DNA of 64,000 nt from an uncultured Chlamydiae bacterium (GCA_963754655.1 CAVWGN010000001.1:2784001-2848000), one strand, 5' to 3'; positions 19,853 to 31,875 are shown, counted from the first letter of the stretch. The notes: generated by a model not told the origin, from the letters alone. Program-made: numbers and translations.

Positions 19853-21176
19853 AGTTGTGTCAAGTATTATGTGCAAATTGGTAAGAGATCTCATTAGGTT
19901 AAGCTATTTTTTCAACGCTCAGTTGTTCTTGTTTCTTTTGCTCTTTTAATAGATCCATATTTAAATATCTTTTATCTACCCATCCCTCATGAACCTCAAC
20001 TGCAATTGCTAATATCAATCTTAAGCAACTCTCTTCATTTGGAAAAATTCTAATAACGTGTGTTCTTCTCTTAATTTCTTCATTTACTCTCTCGAGTAAG
20101 TTCGAACTTTTTAAATGCTTATGATGTTGTTTTGGAAACTGGTAAAACGTTAATGTCTCAAAAATATTTTCCTCCACCCATGTACATAACTTTGGATACT
20201 TCATCATCCACTTCTCTAGCCACATATTCAAATCTGTTTTGGCTTCTTTAATATCCTTTCTATCATAGATCCATCGCAATTCTTGTAAGCAATCGTCGTT
20301 TGCTTTTCTTGGTAAATAATCAATTGCATTTCTTAAGAAATGAACATAACATCTTTGCCAAGGGATTTGATAAAATACTTCCATTATCGCTTTCCTAAGC
20401 CCTGCATGCTCATCACTAATAATCAACTCAACTCCTATTAATCCTCTTTCTTTCAATCTCAATAGAAAATCTTTCCAACTATTGTGAGATTCTCGATTTG
20501 CAATTTCCACTGCTAATACTTGCCTGTAACCTTCTCCATTCACACCTACTGCAATTAATATAGCCTGCGATTTTACTATCCCATTTTCTCTAACTTTCTC
20601 ATAACGAGCATCTACAATTAGATAAGGATAAACTTCTGTCAATTTTCTATTTGCAAACTGCTTTAAGTCCTCGTCCAAGCTCTTATTGATGTTGCTTATT
20701 GTCGTCGCTGAAAATTCATGTCCGCAAAGTTCTTCTGTGATTGCCTTCACTTTCCTGGTTGATACTCCTTGGACATACATTTCTGCTAGAGCTGATACTA
20801 ATGCTTTTTCCGATCTTTCATATCGTTCAAAAAGCTCGGTAGAAAACATTCCCTCTCTGTCTCTTGGTACTTTTAGCTCTATATTGCCTATTCGCGTCAC
20901 TAAGTGCCTTGTATAATAACCTGCTCTATAGCCTTTTCTTTCTTTGGATCTTTCACTCTTATTTGCTTCCAAAGTCTCGATCATTTCGGCTTCTAAAAAA
21001 TTTTCGAGAGCAGTTTTCATAAGAGACTTCATTAAATCAACATCTTGTTCAATAACTTCTTTAGATAATTTGTTTTTCTCAATAGAATACTTTTTGGTCA
21101 TGGTATACCTCTTTTTGTAGTTAATAAGAGATCATCTTACCATGACCTTTTTTTGCACATAATTTTTTACACAATC
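19853..21176 (-). mobile_element. IS256-family insertion sequence (1324 bp), copy 1
   Basis: Imperfect TIRs GATTGTGTAAAAAATTATGTGCAAA / AGTTGTGTCAAGTATTATGTGCAAA; 8-bp TSD CCACGGCT (19845-19852, 21177-21184). Confidence 0.95.
19899..21101 (-). CDS. IS256-family (mutator-type) DDE transposase
   Basis: VPRDREG.F, MYVQGVSTRKV, YLIVDA.YEKVR, ISDEHAGL, WQRCYVHF.RN, SSN.LER.N.EIKRRT. Confidence 0.95.
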   Translation of the reverse strand: MTKKYSIEKNKLSKEVIEQDVDLMKSLMKTALENFLEAEMIETLEANKSERSKERKGYRAGYYTRHLVTRIGNIELKVPRDREGMFSTELFERYERSEKALVSALAEMYVQGVSTRKVKAITEELCGHEFSATTISNINKSLDEDLKQFANRKLTEVYPYLIVDARYEKVRENGIVKSQAILIAVGVNGEGYRQVLAVEIANRESHNSWKDFLLRLKERGLIGVELIISDEHAGLRKAIMEVFYQIPWQRCYVHFLRNAIDYLPRKANDDCLQELRWIYDRKDIKEAKTDLNMWLEKWMMKYPKLCTWVEENIFETLTFYQFPKQHHKHLKSSNLLERVNEEIKRRTHVIRIFPNEESCLRLILAIAVEVHEGWVDKRYLNMDLLKEQKKQEQLSVEKIA

Positions 21177-22008
21177 CCACGGCTACCCTCAAAACAAATT
21201 TGAGCCACGTTAGTGGCGTAGCATTCGTTTAAATAAAAATTGCTCCACAATCACAATTTCCTACGCCACTAACGTGGCTTCATTTTTTTTACCATACACC
21301 GTGGGTTTCGGCTTGCGCCTACACCCACGGCTACTATCCATGCGCGGCTAACGCCGCTTGAGCGATAAATTCAGCTTCCGGGGATTTGCCACAAGCATTT
21401 CGTTCCTAGCCTATGGCTAGGCAATCGAAATTTTTTATCTTTGTTTTTGCAATGTTGCTTGATCCATATCATTTCCCTCAGCGACGAGCGGCGTTAGCCG
21501 CGCATGAATAGTAGCCGTGGGTGTAGGCGAAGCCGGAACCCACGGCTACTATCCATGCGCGGCTAACGCCGCTTGAGCGACAAATTTAGCTTCCGGGGAT
21601 TTGCCACAAGCATTTCGTTCCTAGCCTATGGCTAGGCAATCGAAATTTTTTATCTTTGTTTTTGCAATGTTGCTTGATCCATATCATTTCCCTCAGCGAC
21701 GAGCGGCGTTAGCCGCGCATGGATAGTAGCCGTGGGTGTAGGCGAAGCCGGAACCCACGGTGTATGGTAAAAAAATGAAGCCACGTTAGTGGCGTAGCAT
21801 TCGTTTAAAAAACATTGCTCCACAATCACATTTCCTACGCCACTAACGTGGCTTCATTTTTTTTACCATACACCGTGGGTTCCGGCTTTGCCTACACCCA
21901 CGGCTACTATCCATGCGCGGCTAACGCCGCTTGAGCGACAAATTTAGCTTCTGGAGTTTGCCAGGAGCTATTTTGTGACTAGCTTCGTGGATAGTCAGTC
22001 GGAATTTT

Positions 22009-22316
22009 TTATCTTTGTTTTGGTAATGTGGCTTGATCTACATAGGTTTTGAAGGCTTGCAGATCTAACATGTAGCGCCCGCCAATCTTCTTTACGCATT
22101 TCATTGCAATAGGATTGCGGTGTTTTAGAAGATTTAAAACTTTTCGCTGAGAGCTCTGAAAATAGACCGGTTTTTTGAGAAAACAAAAGAGCACATAATT
22201 ATTAGATGTGATGGGTGCTGTGAAGGAGAAGGTTTTTATAAGCGTTGTATTAAACCTTTTGAAGATATAGGAAAATATATTAAAGAACCGTGCGTTCTCT
22301 TTTGAATATATGTCAT
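22009..22316 (-). pseudogene. Degraded excisionase-like small DNA-binding protein
   Basis: GGAGG RBS and ATG at 22316; C-terminal CVKKIGGRYMLDLQAFKTYVD resembles the wing of island Xis-like proteins; frames are broken. Confidence 0.45.
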
Positions 22317-22418
22317 ATGAATAACCTCCATTTTGTTTGCGCTGGCCCAGAATTGGCCCAGATTTTGGCGTTTCGATAGTTAGGAGGTGATAGGTAGCCG
22401 GCCAAACAGCTATTAAAG

Positions 22419-22446
22419 CGGCTTAAGTCAATCAAGACTTAAGCCG
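22419..22446 (-). terminator. Hairpin downstream of tRNA-Leu
   Basis: CGGCTTAAGTC-aatcaa-GACTTAAGCCG. Confidence 0.55.
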
Positions 22447-22496
22447 TTTAAAGAGAAGGTAACGAAGTCAAAGACCACCCTTCTAACGGTTTGGCA

Positions 22497-22580
22497 TGCT
22501 CGGAAAAGGACTCGAACCTTCACGGCCAAAAAGGCCAAGGGATTTTAAGTCCCTTGTGTCTACCATTCCACCATCCGAGC
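22497..22580 (-). tRNA. tRNA-Leu (anticodon TAA)
   Basis: Minus strand GCTCGGATGGTGGAATGGTAGACAC-AAGGGACTTAAAATCCCTT-long variable arm-GAAGGTTCGAGTCCTTT-TCCGAGCA. Confidence 0.95.
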
Positions 22581-22752
22581 AAAAATGTACTAAAAAATTA
22601 CCTCTTCTCTATTAAACAGTCAAGCGCTTTTTAAAACTTATTATCCATGCATCATTCCCATCTCCCTCTTTAGAGAGAGCATCAACCTTAAAAAGAAAAT
22701 TGACTAGGTCCCTTTCTACTCTTTTAATAGGATTTAAGCCAATTTTCTTTTC

Positions 22753-22780
22753 GCAAGGCTTAAAATTCTTTAAGCCTTGC
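22753..22780 (-). terminator. Hairpin after grgA
   Basis: GCAAGGCTTAAA-attc-TTTAAGCCTTGC. Confidence 0.65.
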
Positions 22781-22788
22781 TTTCTGAT

Positions 22789-23853
22789 TTAACCTTCCTC
22801 ATGATCAGTCTGAGGCTGATTCTTTGGATCCTTTTCTTCTTCTGGAGCATAGGGAGATTCGGTTGTCAGGCTGATATCTTCTTCTGCATAAAGAGGAAGG
22901 GCGGAGTGAGGTTTTTCTTCTTCCTCTTCTTTTTCGTTTTCTTCAAAAATTAAGTTTTCTTCTTCTAACTTCTGTTCAACGTTCTCAGTTTCTGCATCTG
23001 CCTTTGACTCTTCTTCTATATACGCCTCATCTTTTTCAATTTCAGTTAAATTAGACTCTTCTGGAAGTTCTGTGGGCTCAAAAGCTGGCTCTTGTAAAGA
23101 AGGCAGCATTTCGTCTTCATCTTCTTCATTGAGTAATTCCTGCACCTTATCGTGTGGTTTATAGTGATCTTCTTCTGTTAAATAGAAGGCCCCTTTGAAT
23201 AAATCATTTTGACGGTAACGACTAATAGTCTCTGAAATGAGTGTAGGTGGCGGTTGCAATAACGAGGAGAATAGAGTAGAGACTACCGGTGCGCCTTCTA
23301 ATAGTGTTTCCACACCTTCCTCTGGAGGAGGAATAGTGATTTTCTCATCTTCAAGAGGAGGAACAGTAGGTTCAACAGTTTCTTTTGCTTCTTCTTCACG
23401 TCCTCGGCGCTTGCGATAATGGCGGCGGCGATCGCGTCTTTTATCCACACGAACTTCTGGGCGCCCTTCTGTTGTAACTTCAGCGCCTGACTGGATTTCC
23501 TCTTGCACCGTCCCTTCTTCAGCAGTCACAATTTCTATTTTCTCTTCCTCACGAGGGGCTTTAAGATTTCCCTCTTTGCCTCCACCAATTTTGATCGAAC
23601 GATCAAGCCCTACATTTTTTAGCACCATGCGGGCTTCCCTGACTTCTAAAACTTCATAATCTGAAACAGGAACAAGAAAAGCTTTAGGCCTTTCTAAGGA
23701 GCGAAAAAATAAGGCATGGCCAAATGCAATAATTTCAACTGCATCTACAAAATATTCTTCTTGTCCTGTGCTTTTGCTACTTCTAATAACGAGTTTATAT
23801 CCCTCTTTAGGAGTAATAATCGTCTCTATAATAGGTTCGCGCGTAAAATCCAC
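22789..23853 (-). CDS. grgA: Chlamydial transcription factor GrgA (CT504 homolog) with long acidic tail
   Basis: N-terminus M.FTREPIIET.IT.KEGYKL.IR.SK and FRSLE..K.FLVP.SDYEV.E; basic RRRHYRKRR patch; syntenic with gap-rplQ-rpoA. Confidence 0.8.
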   Translation of the reverse strand: MDFTREPIIETIITPKEGYKLVIRSSKSTGQEEYFVDAVEIIAFGHALFFRSLERPKAFLVPVSDYEVLEVREARMVLKNVGLDRSIKIGGGKEGNLKAPREEEKIEIVTAEEGTVQEEIQSGAEVTTEGRPEVRVDKRRDRRRHYRKRRGREEEAKETVEPTVPPLEDEKITIPPPEEGVETLLEGAPVVSTLFSSLLQPPPTLISETISRYRQNDLFKGAFYLTEEDHYKPHDKVQELLNEEDEDEMLPSLQEPAFEPTELPEESNLTEIEKDEAYIEEESKADAETENVEQKLEEENLIFEENEKEEEEEKPHSALPLYAEEDISLTTESPYAPEEEKDPKNQPQTDHEEG

Positions 23854-24515
23854 GGTATTTCATCCCATTGTTAAGTGTTTACGACCAGATAAGTTTTCTT
23901 TAATGGATTAAAAGAATTCTCATCTCAGAAAGTGTCTTAAAAATGCTGCACTTTTAAGACACTTCCCAGGCCATTTAATAAAGACCCATCACTTAACAAG
24001 GTGTATACAAGAATGATTCCAAGCTTTTTCACGCTTGAAAGATATTCATTTGGTCATTGATTTTCACAAGAATAGAATATTCCATCCTGCTAACCAAGAA
24101 GCTCTTTTTCATTTGATTTATCCAGATCATTGCTGTACCGTTCAAGACAAAATAAAACTTGATCGACGGTGTTTTTCAAACATTTAGTTCTATAGATAAA
24201 TTTCTCTGACTTCCACAAGTTGCGAAAACTTCAAGTCTATTAGGCAATTAAAAGAGGCTACTTGTACTTAGCTCGACCAAACTTTTCACCTTCAAGCATT
24301 TGCTAAGATTCATATTTTCAGGCCAGTAACATACAACCCTTTTTTTCAGAGCAAACACCTTTTTAAGTTGGGCCTTAACGTATCTATTGCCAGGGCAACT
24401 TCGCCCTAGCAATGAAGTGTTTACGACGAGCAGATCTCTCATGATTCCATTGATTTATGCATGCATCATTCGTTGCTAATTAACATCGTAAACTCCATAA
24501 AAGCTCACTCTTAGT

Positions 24516-25548
<1,033 letters not shown>

Positions 25549-25736
25549 TGGCATAAGTTCCTCTTTATTGTTCTTCTTGGAAAATAATCTATTACGATCA
25601 TGATTGTAAAGAAAAACTCTTGCATGAGGAATTTGACTGATTGGAGTAGACAATTTGTTTTCTTGCAATTCTATTAATGGTTGAAAATCAATCTATTCCT
25701 TAGAATCGACGATGCCATTAATGCATAAGAAAGTTC

Positions 25737-25768
25737 ATTAAACTGTAGAATGATCTCTACAGTTTAAT
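25737..25768 (-). terminator. Hairpin at the end of the ribosomal protein operon
   Basis: ATTAAACTGTAGA-atgatc-TCTACAGTTTAAT. Confidence 0.65.
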
Positions 25769-25801
25769 AAAACTCATGTAACTCACTACTAAGGATGGAG
25801 A

Positions 25802-26230
25802 TTAATCAGCTAAATACTCAATGACGCAAGTTTGGGCATTATCGCCGACACGGTATCCCTGCTTAATGATGCGTGTATAACCGCCTTGGCGCTGAGCAAA
25901 GCGAGTCCCAAGCTCCTCAAATAGTTTCACAATAACCAAACGATCATCGTTATAAGAGTTGGTGTTGCCCTCTTTAACCGCTCTACGCTCTTTGGGAGTG
26001 AGCGTATTAAATTGAATCATGAGTTCTGCAATCGCCTGGCGACGTGCAGCAAGCGTACCCTTTTTAGCTAAAGTAATCATACGGTCAGCATAGCGACGCA
26101 GAGCTTTAGCTTTAGGCACAGTCGTCTGAATACGTTCATGGGTAATCAAAGATTTTAACATGTTTGCAAACATGCAACGTCGGTGAGACGTCGTGCGATT
26201 GAGCTTACATGTTTGATTGAGATGTCTCAT
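25802..26230 (-). CDS. rplQ: 50S ribosomal protein L17
   Basis: MRH...KLNRT.SHR, RI.TT.PKAK, R.GGYTRI.K. Confidence 0.96.
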   Translation of the reverse strand: MRHLNQTCKLNRTTSHRRCMFANMLKSLITHERIQTTVPKAKALRRYADRMITLAKKGTLAARRQAIAELMIQFNTLTPKERRAVKEGNTNSYNDDRLVIVKLFEELGTRFAQRQGGYTRIIKQGYRVGDNAQTCVIEYLAD

Positions 26231-26237
26231 ACTTTAC

Positions 26238-27364
26238 CTACTTAGACTCTTCATGTTTTAATAATTCTTTCTTTTTCTTTTTTTCTTCGCGATATTGCTT
26301 GATCTTTTCTTTGACATTATCAGGAGTAATTCCAAATCGGCTGAGATCCATGCCAAGATGAAGACCCATTTCATGCAATTTCGCTTTAATTTCATTCAGA
26401 GATTTTTTACCAAAATTTCTAAATTCCAGCATTCTGCGCTCTGGAATGCACACAAGTTCAGCCAATGTTTCAATATTGGCACCTGTCAAGCAATTTGCAG
26501 AGCGAACAGAAAGCTCAATTTCATCAATACCTAAAGAAAGCTTATCCATCAGTTCATCTTGATCGCCATCGCGATCCCCTCCTTTTTCATCAAAAGAAAG
26601 GACATAGTGATTGAATTGGTTGAACACTTCAAAATGCTTGAGACCAATTTGAGCAGCAAAACTTAAGGCTTCAGCAGGAGTAATACGCCCATCTGTCGTC
26701 ACTTCAATGATTAAGCGATCAAAATCTGTATCTTGTCCAACACGTGTATTTTCGACATAATAGTTCACTAGACGAACAGGAGAAAAAGCAGAGTCGATAA
26801 GAATTTCATCAGAAGTTTTATCTCTGTACGACATGTCGCTCAGAAGGAACATAACCACGTCCAAAAGCAATGCGCAAATCAATTTGACGGCGCATAGGCT
26901 TGGTGACAGTGAAGAGATGTAAGTCTGGATTGACAACTTCAAAATTACCTTCTTGCAACGACATCTCCTAAGCGTCACATTGATATTGCCCTTTATTGCG
27001 ATCAAGATCGTCTTGTGTAACTTCAACAATTTCGTGAAAATGCGTGTTTCTCGCGACATTGGGCACATCATCCATCGGCAATTTACGTAATAAGGCACCT
27101 TTAAAATTGAGGATGATATTTGTCATATCCTCTACAATGCCTTCAATCGCCATGTATTCATGAGGGATACCTTCAATGCGAACGGAAATGATAGCTGGCG
27201 CTTCAAGTGAAGAGAGCATCATGCGTCGCAGAGAATTGCCAATCGTATGTCCAAATCCTCTTTCAAAAGGCTCTGCAATATAGCGAGCAAAGTTGGATTC
27301 AGGCATCATCTTGATCAACAATGATCCGTTGGGGCATTTCAAATTTGCCATATTTAACTGACAT
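26238..27364 (-). CDS. rpoA: RNA polymerase alpha subunit (frameshifted in the assembly)
   Basis: [54 protein letters not shown]. Confidence 0.95.
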
Positions 27365-27509
27365 GAAGTGGCTCCTATAAAATAATAGTTGAAACCGTAA
27401 GTGCTTGGTCTTTAATTAGGCAATCGTTAAATCAAAATCTGATGGCTTAGCTCGATGGAATATTCAGCATAAAGCCCATTTAACCAAACATCTCATACAC
27501 GATTAATTT

Positions 27510-27920
27510 TTATACACGACGTCTTTTACGTGCACGACATCCGTTATGAGGAACAGGTGTCGTATCGCGAATAGCAGTAATCGTTAAACCTGCACTTTGC
27601 AATCCTCGAACGGCTGATTCGCGCCCAGCACCGGGTCCTTTCAAGTTAACTTCCACTTCCTTCATTCCAAGCGAGGTTGCAATCTTAGCTGCATCTTGTG
27701 CGGCAACAGTAGCGGCAAAAGCAGAAGATTTTCGCGATCCTGAAAAGTTCACTTTTCCTGCAGAAGCCCAAGAAATGACTCTTCCTGCTGGATCTGTAAT
27801 AGCAATGATCGTGTTGTTAAAAGTTGCTTTAACATGTGCAATTCCTGATGGGACATTCTGTGAGACTCTTTTCTTTGTCTTAACAGGTTTTTTTGTAGGA
27901 TTAGCTGTTTGCTTACTCAA
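27510..27920 (-). CDS. rpsK: 30S ribosomal protein S11
   Basis: [26 protein letters not shown]. Confidence 0.97.
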   Translation of the reverse strand: MSKQTANPTKKPVKTKKRVSQNVPSGIAHVKATFNNTIIAITDPAGRVISWASAGKVNFSGSRKSSAFAATVAAQDAAKIATSLGMKEVEVNLKGPGAGRESAVRGLQSAGLTITAIRDTTPVPHNGCRARKRRRV

Positions 27921-27944
27921 AGTTAAGAACTCCTCTACTTACTC

Positions 27945-28313
27945 TTATTTTTTCTTATTAGCGACAGTTTTACGTCGACCTTTACGTGTTCTCGAATTCG
28001 TTTTTGTACGTTGTCCACGAACAGGTAAACCAAGACGATGGCGCATTCCACGATAGGAATGAATGCTAATTAAACGTTTAATGTTATTTTGAACTTGACG
28101 ACGAAGATCACCTTCTACTACATATTCAGATTGCAAGAGACCGTTGATGCGGGCAATATCATCTTGAGTCAGTTTATGCGCGCGCATGTTTGGATCTAAG
28201 CCCAATTTATTAATGATTTCATTAGATAGATGTTGACCAATTCCGTAAAGATATGTCAAACTAATTTCTAATCTTTTGTTATCTGGTATATCGATACCTA
28301 TGACTCTAGGCAT
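27945..28313 (-). CDS. rpsM: 30S ribosomal protein S13
   Basis: [25 protein letters not shown]. Confidence 0.97.
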   Translation of the reverse strand: MPRVIGIDIPDNKRLEISLTYLYGIGQHLSNEIINKLGLDPNMRAHKLTQDDIARINGLLQSEYVVEGDLRRQVQNNIKRLISIHSYRGMRHRLGLPVRGQRTKTNSRTRKGRRKTVANKKK

Positions 28314-28384
28314 TGAACTCTCCTAATTTTTCCAAAACGAACTATAAATTTTATAGAAATTTCCCTTTTATTGCAACCCTGAAC

Positions 28385-29779
28385 CTAATATGATCGATTA
28401 GGTTTATTTAACGACCCTTTAACTCTTCCCTTTTTCATAAAGCCATCATAGCGTTTCATCAACAGATGAGATTCAATTTGCTTCATGGTATCTAGCACCA
28501 CTCCCACCAAGATTAGAAGAGCTGTTCCTCCAAAAAAGTAACTAATGGTCTGTGAAACCCCAAGCAAACGACTGACCATCGTTGGCAGAATCGCAATCAA
28601 GCGCTAAAAAAATGGCTCCCAATAATGTGACTCGATTCATTGTACTTTCAAGATAATCTTGAGTAGGCTTTCCCTGTCTGATTCCTGGAATAAATGCTCC
28701 ATTTTTCTTCATATCAGAGGCAATTTGATCGGGACGAAACTGTGTTGCTGTCCAGAAGTAGGTAAAGAAAATAATCAAACCAACAAACAGCACCAAATGC
28801 AAGCCGCTTCCTGGAGAAAGCCAACTGGCTATCTCGCCCAACCAATTACCACGTCCCACAAAAGTTCCCAGAGTAGCAGGAAACATCAAGAGCGACGAGG
28901 CAAAAATGACAGGAATGACACCTGCATAGTTAATCTTAAGAGGAATATAGGAGTTACCTCCTTGTACTTCCTTTCGTCCGACAACTCGTCTGGCATGTTG
29001 CAAAGGAATACGCCGATGTCCTTGAATCACAAGAATCGTAGCAAGGGTCACGGCCACAAAAACCCCACCAGGACTAGGATAGAAGAAAAGTTCATCTGTC
29101 CAGATTCTTGGGAGTCAAGATTAAGCTGTTGCAAAATCAATCCCATGGCTGTAGGAATTTGCGATAAGATTCCCAAACAGATAATCAGACTAATTCCATT
29201 GCCAATTCCTCTTTCTGTGATTTGCTCCCCCACCCACATCAAGAACATAGTTCCTGTTGTCATAGTAAAAATGGTGATCATATAAAAAAGCCAAGGAACA
29301 CCAAATAATGTAATGTCAAGCAATTCACCTGCTACAATTCCTGGGCGCGAAAGGTTCATTTGCAACGCATACTTGGCAAATAAAGCCGCTTGCAAAAATG
29401 AAAGAATCACGGTGAGAAAACGGGTCCAGCGGTTAATTTTTCGTTTTCCTATGTCTCCATTTTCACGCATTTCTCTCTGCAAGCTGGGAATTAAGGCTAC
29501 AAGCAGCTGCATGATAATGGAAGCGGAGATATAAGGAGTCACACCTAAGGCGATGACAGTCATCTGGGAGAAAGCTCCACCAGAGAAAATATCCACCATT
29601 TGGAAAAGGTTTTGGCTTCCTCCGGTTGCATGTCGGAAAAAACTCACGGCAATTTCTCCATTAATGCCTGGGACTGGAATAAAACTTCCAATACGACAGA
29701 CAGCCAATAGAAGAAGTGTCAAAAGAATTTTCGACTTGAGCTCAGGTATTTGAAAAACGCGTGTTAATCCGTTTAGCAT
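28385..29779 (-). CDS. secY: Preprotein translocase SecY (frameshifted in the assembly)
   Basis: [56 protein letters not shown] across three frames. Confidence 0.95.
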
Positions 29780-29834
29780 CTCTCGACTATGGGGTTAGGG
29801 GTGCATCCGTCACACTATCTATGTTAGATTCCTT

Positions 29835-29948
29835 CTGTTGAATCTTGGAATTTGGAAGGGACTAAAAGGATTAAAGGACATAAAGGACAAGAGATTGTTT
29901 TTGTCCCTTTGGTCCTTTATGTCCCTTTCAAATTTCAAGATTCAACAG
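29835..29948. repeat. Intergenic palindrome with internal 9-bp tandem units (AAAGGAC-type)
   Basis: CTGTTGAATCTTGGAATTTGGAAGGGAC...GTCCCTTTCAAATTTCAAGATTCAACAG with repeated AAAGGAC / GTCCTTT. Confidence 0.8.
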
Positions 29949-29961
29949 GAAGTTGATCCAC

Positions 29962-30414
29962 TTACTTTTCAACTTCAAAAGCAATTTTTGCACGTGTCAA
30001 TTTTTCGCGTGCACTATCAGATAAAGCTTGAACGCGAATCGTGAGTTTCTTTGTCAATTCACCTTTTCCTAACAGTTTGATTCCGTAGGTAGGCCCACTG
30101 ATAAAACCACGTTCTTTCAATGTTTCAATGCTGACTATTTCACCATCCTTAAACATTCCGTTCAATTGCTCTAAATTGATAACGTCATATGCACGACGAA
30201 AACGAGCATTGTTAAATCCACGGATAGGAATTTTCATAAAAAGAGGCATGTTACCCCCTTCCTTACCCAAGCGTCTCTTATAACCAGCACGAGCGCCTGC
30301 TCCTTTCTCCCCGCGTCCGCATGTCTTGCCTAGCTTAGAACCAAGCCCTCGGCCCACACGCTTTCTTGCTTTTGCAAGACGTGTTGTATTTTTCAATTTA
30401 TCTAGCGAAATCAT
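29962..30414 (-). CDS. rplO: 50S ribosomal protein L15
   Basis: RKRVGRG.GS..GKTCGRG.KG. Confidence 0.96.
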   Translation of the reverse strand: MISLDKLKNTTRLAKARKRVGRGLGSKLGKTCGRGEKGAGARAGYKRRLGKEGGNMPLFMKIPIRGFNNARFRRAYDVINLEQLNGMFKDGEIVSIETLKERGFISGPTYGIKLLGKGELTKKLTIRVQALSDSAREKLTRAKIAFEVEK

Positions 30415-30417
30415 ACG

Positions 30418-30921
30418 TTATCCTTGTAACCCTCTTTTCTGCTTAATCTCATCGCGGGTTGATAATTTTCCGATGGCTTCGAAGGTTGCTTTAACTTGGT
30501 TAATGGGATTATTGGCTCCCAAATTTTTAGCCATAACATCTTTAATACCTGCCAATTCAAGAACAGCTCTTACCTTTGAACCTGCAATAACACCCGTACC
30601 GGCAGGAGCTGGCTTCAATAGAACTGTCGCACCATCCCAGTGAACAATAATTTCATGTGGAATCGTGGTTCCTTCCATAGGACAATGAATGATATTTTTG
30701 CGGGCGGCTTCACCACCTTTGCGAATGGCATCTGTCAATTCATTTGCCTTAGCAAAGCCATAGCCCACACGTCCTTTTCCGTCGCCAACTAAGATCAGGG
30801 CAGAAAAACTAAATTTACGGCCCCCTTTGACCACTTTAGAGCAACGATTGATATATAATACTTTTTCAGTTAGCTCGTTTTCTGATTTTTCTTTCTTTGG
30901 AGACTCACTGTGTTTTGCCAT
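30418..30921 (-). CDS. rpsE: 30S ribosomal protein S5
   Basis: KVVKGGRKFSFSAL, PA.AGTGVIAG. Confidence 0.97.
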   Translation of the reverse strand: MAKHSESPKKEKSENELTEKVLYINRCSKVVKGGRKFSFSALILVGDGKGRVGYGFAKANELTDAIRKGGEAARKNIIHCPMEGTTIPHEIIVHWDGATVLLKPAPAGTGVIAGSKVRAVLELAGIKDVMAKNLGANNPINQVKATFEAIGKLSTRDEIKQKRGLQG

Positions 30922-30943
30922 GATTCGTCCTTATTCCTTTCCT

Positions 30944-31315
30944 TTAAAATTGAAGTCCCCCAGCACGAGCTGCATCTGCAAGCTCCGCTAGGATGCCATG
31001 ATATTTAAAGGGTCCGCGGTCAAAGACCACTTCTTTAATATTTTTGCTCTTGGCAATTTCTGCAATCTGCTCACCTAATTTACGAGCAGAAGCTTTATTC
31101 TTTTTATTGAACTCCGTATCCCGGAATTCTTTTGCAAAAGTCGCAGTCCCACCTAAAGTAGTACCTGTTTCGTCATCGATGAGTTGCGCTTGAATATGGC
31201 AATTACTTTTGACAACACAGAGGCGAGGCTTCGTGCTTGTTCCTTGAAGAAGCTTACGCACTCTCAGGGCACGTTTTCTACGTAAATAATAACTATTTTT
31301 CGTTTGATTAAACAT
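30944..31315 (-). CDS. rplR: 50S ribosomal protein L18
   Basis: PRL.V, VVFDRG...YHG, AR.GGL.F. Confidence 0.96.
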   Translation of the reverse strand: MFNQTKNSYYLRRKRALRVRKLLQGTSTKPRLCVVKSNCHIQAQLIDDETGTTLGGTATFAKEFRDTEFNKKNKASARKLGEQIAEIAKSKNIKEVVFDRGPFKYHGILAELADAARAGGLQF

Positions 31316-31332
31316 ATTCAGTCCTTGAATGA

Positions 31333-31875
31333 TTACTTCTTAGCAGCAGCCTTACCCGCTTTCTTACGTACATATTCGCCAACATAACGAATTCCCTTTC
31401 CTTGATAAGGTTCGGGTGGACGTTTGCTGCGCACAGTGGCTGCAAATTGTCCCACAAGGTGCTTATTAAACCCAGAAATGCTAATGAGGGTATTTTTATC
31501 CACTTTAACTGTCAATCCTTTAGGGATAGGCAATTTAGTAGGATGGGAAAAACCCAGTTGAAGATCTAATAAATCGCCTTGGACAGCAGCGCGATAACCG
31601 ACGCCAATCATTTCCAGACGCTTTTCAAAACCTTCTGTCGTACCAATCACCATGTTATGAATTAAGGTACGGTAAAGACCATGGTAATGGTTGAGATCAG
31701 CCTTCTCATCTTCTAAAGCAACAAGAACTTGATTGCCTTCCACTTTAACCTGAATGCCAGGAACGAGCGGTTGATGCAAAGAACCTTTTGGGCCTTTGAC
31801 GAAGACTTCAGTATCTGATACTTTTACCTCTACGCCTTTGGGAAGAGGAATGGGAAGTTTACCTTTACGAGACAT
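31333..31875 (-). CDS. rplF: 50S ribosomal protein L6
   Basis: MSR.GK.PI, RPPEPY.GKGIRY. Confidence 0.97.
   Translation of the reverse strand: MSRKGKLPIPLPKGVEVKVSDTEVFVKGPKGSLHQPLVPGIQVKVEGNQVLVALEDEKADLNHYHGLYRTLIHNMVIGTTEGFEKRLEMIGVGYRAAVQGDLLDLQLGFSHPTKLPIPKGLTVKVDKNTLISISGFNKHLVGQFAATVRSKRPPEPYQGKGIRYVGEYVRKKAGKAAAKK

Larger units (their letters stand above)
19710..22040. repeat. Tandem array of REPIN/BIME-like units delimited by the palindrome CCTAGCCTATGGCTAGG
   Basis: Delimiters at 19710, 21405, 21620 and a degenerate one at 21978. Units are ~363 (after removing the IS), 215 and ~359 bp, each with inverted REP-like arms. Confidence 0.9.

Noticed and set aside
19710..22040. CRISPR array
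   Set aside because: The sequence between the recurring palindromes is itself repeated, units are 215-363 bp, there are no unique spacers and no cas genes
24248..24442. 64-aa ORF between gap and grgA
   Set aside because: No recognisable motif or RBS; cannot be supported as a gene
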